DNA from: Eledone cirrhosa
Lineage: Eukaryota
DNA length: 64,000 bases
Direction of reading: 5' to 3'
NCBI GenBank assembly: GCA_964016885.1
Contig: OZ024743.1
Coordinates: 108,562,001 to 108,626,000 of the forward strand
Numbering within the stretch: the stretch's first letter is position 1; the number at the start of each line of letters is the position of its first letter. Below the pieces are notes generated by a model that made no database searches, was not told where the DNA came from, and saw only the letters and a list, made by a program, of their open reading frames with translations. Below, one piece after another: positions 56,100-64,000 of the stretch. Both the position numbers and the translations under genes were made by a program.

Positions 56100-56331
56100 T
56101 AATGTATAAAAATCAATACAATATAATTACCTCATTACCAGATGTTTCCCGAATGAGGCGAATACGAAAGAAACGTCTTCATTCGTTCGTCAGACGAGGC
56201 AATATAAAGTATTTACCCATGTTTTATATTGCCTCGTCTGATGAACGAATGAAGACGTTTCTTTCGTATTCGCCTCATTCGGGAAACGTCTGGTAATGAG
56301 GTAATTATATTGTATTGATTTTTATACATTA
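56100..56331. repeat. Long palindrome (109-bp arms, 14-nt loop, 2 mismatches seen) within a (TA)n-flanked insert
   Basis: 56100-56208 is the reverse complement of 56223-56331. (TA)n lies at about 55994-56023 and from 56331. Confidence 0.93.
56228..56305 (+). ncRNA. Type I hammerhead ribozyme motif in the right arm of a palindrome (mirror copy on the - strand at about 56126-56203)
   Basis: 10-bp stem I ATTGCCTCGT/ATGAGGTAAT; core CTGATGA (56238-56244); stem II CGAATGA/TCATTCG; GAAAC-GTCTG-GTA with cleavage triplet GUA at 56293-56295. The mirror copy has core CTGACGA. Confidence 0.75.
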
Positions 56332-57062
56332 TATATATATATATATATTTATTAATATTAATATTAATAACTCTATATATTAATAATAATGTTAATAACT
56401 CTTAATAAATATATATATATTAATATTAATAACTTCAGAAAATTTCTTGTAGTGTGCTTTTAATCTATTGTAAAACTATATTCATTGAGTCATCAATGAA
56501 CCATATTAATCTTTGGTTATATATATATATAGCTGAATATGTTTCTGTATTTCATTATCTCTCTCTCTCTCTCTATTTATCTATCTATCTATCTCCCCCT
56601 CTCTCTCTCTATCTCTCTCTATATATATATATATATATATGGTCGATTGACTTTCTCAAATCGGACTGGGGAGACAAAGTTTCCGTTGGTCTTCCTAGTT
56701 GCTACTACTTTCTATCGGTCGCAACACCAGGTACAAGGAGTAACGTGAAATAAAGTGTCCTGCTCAAGGACATATATATATACTGTATAAATATATATAT
56801 ATAGTGAAAGCGCGGGTCGTGGTGTGAGTGGTGAGTCGTCATCGTAACTTCGAAAGTTCAATTCCCTAAAGGGGCGCTTATTTTGTCTTTGAGCAAGACA
56901 CTTATTTCACAATACTTGTCCACAAATATAAATTGTACCTGTAACTTATGGCGCCAGATTCTCAAACATTGTTTTACCCAGAATCTCCAAGAGAGCTACC
57001 TTAAACGTGATGTGTCGTAGGAGTACTCCAAACATGTACGTTCATTTCAAGACAGTTTAATA

Positions 57063-57174
57063 TAATATAGAAATGGCTAATACAGGACTAGAACTGTTTC
57101 ATTCGAAGGAAATCATCCTGATGATTCCCTTCAAATGAAAGAGTTATAGTCCTGTATAAGCCATGTCTATATTA
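57063..57174. repeat. Imperfect hairpin (arms of about 55 bp)
   Basis: TAATATAGAAATGGCTAATACAGGACTAGAAC...ATCATC CT GATGAT...GTTATAGTCCTGTATAAGCCATGTCTATATTA, with scattered mismatches. Confidence 0.75.
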
Positions 57175-57355
57175 AATTTTGTTTTATATACTCTACTAAT
57201 AATTGAGTACCTTCCTTACTGTGGTCACCCCGATTGATCACGGGACTCATATATATGTGTGTGTGTGTGTATGTCTATATATATGTGTGTTGTGTGTGTG
57301 TGTGCGTACGTGCGTGTATATATGCACACGCATAGACACATACACTCACAGACAA

Positions 57356-57445
<90 letters not shown>

Positions 57446-58010
57446 CGAACGAACAGTATCCGTTTAACTGTTGTTTAGTGATCAATGTTTAGCATGTAGC
57501 CAACCAATCTGAAGTGCATTATGAAACTTTCCAGATATAAGTCAAATTCAGAATGGACTGTTGTCATGAACATTATGGTAAAGGAACCTAACCTGCACAA
57601 GCGACTAAAGTGTATTCATTTTCTTGGTCTGTTGAGATTTCTTAACAATGAACCCATTCCTATTGTTTCAAAATATACATCAGTAGCATTTGATGTGTGT
57701 GCACGAGTATATGCAAGTGTGTGCGGGCATGGAGTAAGATCGTCTGTATTAAATGCATTAACGTGTCCTATTTTATATCAATCCTATTGTTTTACATACA
57801 AAACACGCGTAAGTGTGTGTGTGTGAAAGTGTGCGTGTGAGTTTGTGTATGACTGTGTGCGGAGGTGTATGTATGTGTAGACATACCTCACACATACATC
57901 TTCATAAACGTTCACGTACATACATATTAACTCTCATACTCAGGCGCAGTGTTTCGCAGGCCTATTTCTCAGGGTTATTTATCCATATCAATAGGTACAT
58001 GTCCATATAT

Positions 58011-58169
<159 letters not shown>

Positions 58170-58254
58170 TCTATCTATATATATATGTATGTATATATAT
58201 ATATTTGTCTACATATCTCATCTATCAGTCTATATGTCTATCTATGTTTAATAT

Positions 58255-58316
<62 letters not shown>

Positions 58317-58594
58317 CACACAGAGAAGAAAGAGTGACAGAAAGAAAAAAAAATTATGTTGATTGGAGGGTAGAGACGAGTTTTTGAAAAAATCGCTAGG
58401 TAGTTAAAGAGAAAGATAGACATGTATCTATGTAGTTACCGCCGTTAAATCCTCTTTTTAACGTTTCTTATATCCAAACCATTAAACGTGAGTGTATATA
58501 TATATATATATAAATATATGTGTTTTTACATACGTACACACGCACACACACATACACATATATACATATATATATATATATATACGTATATATT

Positions 58595-58625
<31 letters not shown>

Positions 58626-59171
58626 ATATATATGTTTTTATATATATACATAGATGTATATATTTATATATATATATATACATAGATGTATATATTTATA
58701 TATATATATATATATTTATATATATTGGTGTGTTCTTTATATATGTATGCGTCCGCGTCGGTTGTAGTCTATAAAATTGAAAAGAATGCAGCCATGTCTG
58801 AAAACGGGAAGTAAAGGTTACTGTGGGTGGCATGCCTATTACAAATTGTGTACTGCACCCTTCTTCATGAAGCTAGAGAAGTCAATGTCCTGACAGGAAG
58901 CCATTAGCTGCATTGATGCGGATGTCATCACTAATGCGTGCTGTCAACACGCACAATACTTGACGTCTTAGCAGTACACCTTTCGAAGGCGGCATGTACA
59001 AGAGTAGGACTAAAGAGAACATACTACAGTTGTTAGAGAGAGAACGCTGGAGATTGTGTATGAATGTGTGAATGAGTGAGAATGAGAGGCGATGGGAGTG
59101 TATGTATGTAAGTATTTATTATGTATGCATTTATATATGTATATATTTAGGATATATATATATATATTTAG

Positions 59172-59219
<48 letters not shown>

Positions 59220-61217
59220 TATGTCCATCTATCTATCTGTTAATCTCTGTCTCACTCTCTTCTTCTCTATATACACGTACATACATATATACATACACTG
59301 ACTAAATTTTCTCTATCCAAGACTTCCCCTTTCTTTAAATCTATTTCCCGACTATTTTCCCCTTCCATCCTTCTTCTCACACATGTTCACTCTTTCAATT
59401 TCCTCTCTCGACATGCTTATATAGCAAATTGTCCATTTTATGATACCTAAAATTGATATAATCATTGGTACCATTATATATGTACATAAATGGACCTGTA
59501 ACTAGCGCACGCAATTCTTTATATTTTTGCGGCTGAGCACCTATTTTCAACGTAAAATAATAAGCTGTTGTGACACAGCCTAAAATATTGTTATGAAATA
59601 ATATAGTGAAGTTAATATAAAGGGGTATTGCCTGATTATTCACGATTTCATATGCTATTTTTAGGCGGGTTATTGGCAGAATCTTTAGAACCTGGGATAT
59701 AATGCTTTAGTGATTATATAATGATTTTCCTTTCGCCTCTCTGAGCTCTGAGTTCAAAACTCGTCGAGGTCATCCATTCACTGTGCTCGATCAAAATCTA
59801 ATCCAGTAATGGCGTCAATTCTTCCTCTATATTATCTCTTCCGCATTTCCACTCGCTGACTCTCTCTCTCTCTCTCAGAAATCCGGTGTTTTCAATCGTG
59901 GCGAGTGGGTAAGTTCAACCGGGTGTGAAAACGCACAAGAAACACTGAACGTTACTACCGTGTCCCCATGACTTCTTTATGAGTCACAGGTTTACACATA
60001 TACTACGCATACATAGGCTGTTGTCGGAAAAATGATGGTTGATAATACGAATAATATTCAGTGGGAGAAAATATAATAGGGATTTTCGAATTGTTTCTAT
60101 GTAAATAATATTCATATGAAAAAAATATCTAAACTCCATTTTACGTTTCGTAAAACTCCTATTTATTATCCTTATAAGGCAACACATTTAATACGTTTAG
60201 CAGAGAATAAGAGCAATATCCACGAACACAGCCCAGTTTAAAATTGGGATGTTTATAATATGGATGGTTTGTTGTACCAATGATCCAACATAGCTCTGAT
60301 AATATCGCATGCGTGTGCTTATGCGGGAATATGAATGTGTGTATGTAGGTGTATTTGTACGTATGAAAGATATTCTGTCATTTCAATCCGGAATAAATTT
60401 ACCTCTTATTCAGTAACTCATATTCAGTGTTGAGATGTCATTATTAGATAGTTACGTCCCTTTACGATCTGAGTTCAAATCCCACCGAGGTTGACTTTGC
60501 CTTTCATCCTTACGAGGTCGATAAAATAAAGTACCAGTAATGCACTGGGTAATTGCTGGCCTTGTGCCTAAAGTAGAAACAATTATTAGATGAGTTTGTG
60601 TGGGAAATTGCAATTATAATTTCAAATGATATATGTACTAACGCCCCAACAAATGATACATTTATTATGTAATGAAAGCTGTTTAATATAGCTTTCAGCG
60701 ACGTTTTTATTAGGTAATAATTAATTTCCTGAAGACCTCTATTAAATATTTCGAACAACTGATTGTCTACCCATTTGAAATGAACGTCCGGATTACACAT
60801 ACAAATGTCGTACTTCCAACTGACTTTTTAACCAGTTAGAAATAGCATCCAAGTTTACCTCAAATTAAACTTCATCGAAATCAAAGGGGGAAAGGCGCAT
60901 TGGTTCAGATTGCCTTCGATAAACAGCGCGATAATGCGAATTCCTGCTCAGTCAGTGATTACTTAGGTCTATATAACATCAACAAAAGCAACAACAACAT
61001 CCATTAAATAAACACGGCTTAACCTGGTGATTTGCATCAAATGATATATAATCTGGTGTTAGGAATATAACATGAGAAAATATTCTTACATTAAATTATA
61101 ATGTAAGTCTTAAATTTATATATGGACACTTTAAAACAAAACTTTTATTTTGTCATAGACCCTGGAGTAATGTAAGGATTATTTTGTATCTCTTATGTTT
61201 TCATTTTTGTATTTTAG

Positions 61218-61512
61218 ATAACGAAGCTACAAAGGCTTACAGACAAAGACAACCATGCCGGTTCCTCGAAGAATTCGCTAGCATCCACAAATGGAAGGAC
61301 CTGACTGGACGTTTTATTATCGAAGTGGAAGACAACATGAATGTCTTTCGAATTAAGGATAACATTCATGGACTTAGCGAGGTGCCACGAGATTGTAGCC
61401 ACGGTCCCAAAGCGTTCCCATATGAAGTTCGAAGACCTGAGATTCGGCTGGTTGCACGATGTGTATCATTTAAAAAAAATGAATTCTTAACTTATACAAC
61501 CAACGATACTTG
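61218..61512 (+). CDS. Internal exon D of the same gene (NNEATKAYRQRQPCRFLEEFASIHKWKDLTGRF...RCVSFKKNEFLTYTTNDT)
   Basis: Acceptor tttttgtattttAG ends at 61217 and donor TG|GTAAGT starts at 61513. The phase-1 start completes AAT with exon C. The C.F....W..L.G pattern opens the next domain. Confidence 0.85.
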
Positions 61513-62222
61513 GTAAGTTTACGTCTTAATTTAATTATTTTCTGTTAGGTTTTCTTTGTTTTTAGTATGTTTGTTTGATTATTTACTTGAATGTATTTGT
61601 GAATGTTGTTTGTATTGTGATTACATATATGTGTTGTAGGTAATAATGATAATTTATACTAGAGTAAAAGTCGAGTCTGTCAATCCGCCTGTCATGCTCT
61701 CTCTTTCTATAGAGAGAGAAATAATATTCCACCTGTCATCTCTCCTCTCTCTCTAACTAAAACGTATCTTGCGAAAAAAGGAAAATAATAGAGAATTTGT
61801 TTTCTTTTGTGTGGGGGTGATATGTGTGCATATTTCTCAGTATGTATGTGAGTTTCTGAATGTCCTTCAACATATAGACAACGCAACACAGACTTCAATG
61901 ACAAGTTGCTTTTGTTGTTATTATTATTGAGAGACTAATAGATTGAGAGAGTGTGCGTGTGTGTGAACAAGAGATATAATTAAAATTTGCTTCAAATAAA
62001 AAGAAATCAGGTTGTTGTTGATGTTATTGAGAGAGAGAAATACAGTGAGAGAGAAAGAGAGAGACAGAGAGAGCGGGTGTTTAAAAGATAGATAAGCAGA
62101 GCTGCTGTCACCGTACTAAGAGCTTTGAGTGAAAACGCGGGAATTTTAAGTGCATGTATGTCAATATGTGTGGAAAAACCATGTGTGTGCGTGTGTGTGT
62201 ATTAAAAAAACGCAGGCTACAA

Positions 62223-63075
62223 CTAATAATAATGATAATAATAAGAATGTTTTATTAACCACAAAGGGTTTACAAAATAAAATCATTAAGGAGAACATAG
62301 GGCACTAAAGGACGGTAAAAATATGCGTTTCTGCTTGTAAAAAAAAAATGAAAAACAAGAACTAAAGATATAAAAAAAAAAAGAAAGGAATAATCTCCAA
62401 TAGGGTGGAGACCACAATAATTTATTTACTGCTAGTGGGGATTTACAATAAAATCGAGTAAAAAATATTTAACAAATATCAATAAACAAAAGAATTACAA
62501 AGAAGAAATGTATCCAATAGGGGAGGGGGAACATCCCAAGTGTGACCCAGGAATATCCCCCAATACTGAACCATCGGACACTCTTAGAGCACGTGAGGAA
62601 GGCGCAACTCACATATCCAAAAAAGCCAGCTTACATGTGTACGGTTAGAGTACGCCCATTCACATGGGACATCCTCGCATCATTGACCCTCTTTTAGCAA
62701 ATATACTGGGGAGTAGCACTTCTCTCATCACCCGCACATTCCTTTCTAAATGAAACTTGAAAAAGTTAATGAGAGATTAGCTGAAGAGAAACTGTTTGTT
62801 TTCAGTCCTTTCAGCCTCATCCGCCATCCAACATCTTTCGCTCCAGCCACTAGAAAAAATGACAACTGCCAGCCCTTCCTGGCCAAATGGACTCAGCCGA
62901 TAGCCGGATGCGTCACGTACATGATAACACATAATCGACATAACTCCACAAGTCAGTAATGCACGGACACTGGACGAGTGCATGCAAAACGGTTTCGTCC
63001 CTTTGCTTGAATTTCGGACAGGTCGGTGCCTGTATAGTTTATCTCAAACCAGCAGCACCCCACAGTAGAACTGTC
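62223..63075 (-). mobile_element. 3' fragment of an L1/Tx1-clade LINE
   Basis: Minus strand encodes RDKLYRH..PTCPKFKQRDETVLHALVQCPCITDLWSYV (CCHC-type knuckle) and ends in GTGGTTAATAAAA plus an (ATT)n tail. Similar short 3' ends occur near 7100-7255 and 38570-38670. Confidence 0.7.
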
Positions 63076-63156
63076 AAGCGAGGTATTATATATATATACT
63101 CTTTTACCTGTTCCAGCAATCCGACTGACGCCATGCTGGAGCACCACCCTTGTTAA

Positions 63157-63276
63157 ATGCTTACAGCACCTAGGTTTCCAAAGTGGTCACCCATCTAACT
63201 ACTAACTAGACTCGAAGATGGTAAACTTCGGTGATCGGATGAGAACCGCTGTTTTCAGCGTGATATGGTCGTATAG
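63157..63276 (-). pseudogene. 5S rRNA pseudogene (full length, about 120 nt, diverged)
   Basis: Reverse complement TACGACCATATCACGCTGAAAACAGCGGTTCTCATCCGATCACCGAAGTT...GTTAGTAGTTAGATGGGTGACC...GGTGCTGTAAGCATTT matches the invertebrate 5S consensus with many substitutions. It is a single copy, not in a tandem array. Confidence 0.85.
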
Positions 63277-64000
63277 AAGTTAACCTCGGCGACCTTTGAA
63301 CTCACAGCGCCGAAAGCCGGAACGTATACCGCAAATTATTCTATCCAACGTTCTAACGTCTATACGCTAATTCAGACTGATAAATTACTTTGATAGCATA
63401 GTCTGCCCTGTGTATGTCCGTGTGGTTGTGGGAAGAATCAAACGATAGTGATGATTCCCTTGTTTTATAGATATCCAGCTTTCTGGAGAAATATTTATAA
63501 ACTGAGATCTAGCTCAACTATTTTAGAGATAAAGTTTAATAAAATGAAGAAATAGAGAAGTCAAAGCTGTTTTGTTTGGTGGGTCTTCATGACTAAAATG
63601 TAATTCAAAACCTACCTACATCAGTGGCCTTCCAACATGTCAAAATCTATTACAACAATCGTTGCAAAACAAAAAAATCAAAACAATGTACATATTGCCG
63701 GTAGATTTGGATTTTCCTTTTGCTTGGCGTGAATGATTCAAGACCTTTTCTTTTTTACTCTCAGTTATTGTTTGCCAAAATAAACACAAGCACACGCCGA
63801 CACCTTAGAAAAACACACACATAAACATCCTTTCGGTTAAATATAAACACATACACACATATATTCACGCACTCACATACTCCAAAACGCATTCAGTATG
63901 CTCATATACACCGAAGAATACGTAAATAATATATAAACACTTCAAAAATTATTATATTCGACTTGTCTTGCCGTTTCAATTTTCAGTTTTCTTTCCGCTT

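Noticed and set aside
62223-63276. Tx1 fragment next to the 5S copy as a 5S-targeting (Mutsu-like) insertion
   Set aside because: The 5S copy is uninterrupted and is separated from the LINE by a SINE tail and (TA)n.

Overview
This is AT-rich, microsatellite-saturated eukaryotic DNA. The SINE families and repeat landscape point to a coleoid cephalopod, probably an octopus (inference). Almost all ORFs in the supplied track are artefacts of (TA)n, (CA)n, (GA)n and (TACA)n repeats. The only host coding sequence I can support is four phase-compatible + strand internal exons (12845-13015, 23822-23928, 45393-45501, 61218-61512) of one gene for a Cys-rich, probably extracellular protein resembling the uncharacterised DUF7042/DUF7043 family, with introns of 10.8, 21.5 and 15.7 kb. 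The rest of the window carries a near-full-length decayed R4/Dong-type RLE retrotransposon in (TACA)n, RTE and Tx1/L1 fragments, bipartite RTE derivatives with a candidate HDV-like ribozyme, non-autonomous Helitrons, Tc1/mariner MITEs, many tRNA-derived Nin/Deu-domain SINEs and a 5S rRNA pseudogene sandwiched between SINE parts. The most notable signal is a set of short inserts, mostly abutting (TA)n, that end in near-perfect fold-back palindromes (37-147 bp arms). Several carry minimal type I hammerhead ribozyme motifs, with canonical CUGAUGA/GAAA or variant UUGAAAA cores. They are consistent with Penelope-like element or retrozyme remnants. All folds were assigned by eye; no database or folding software was run.
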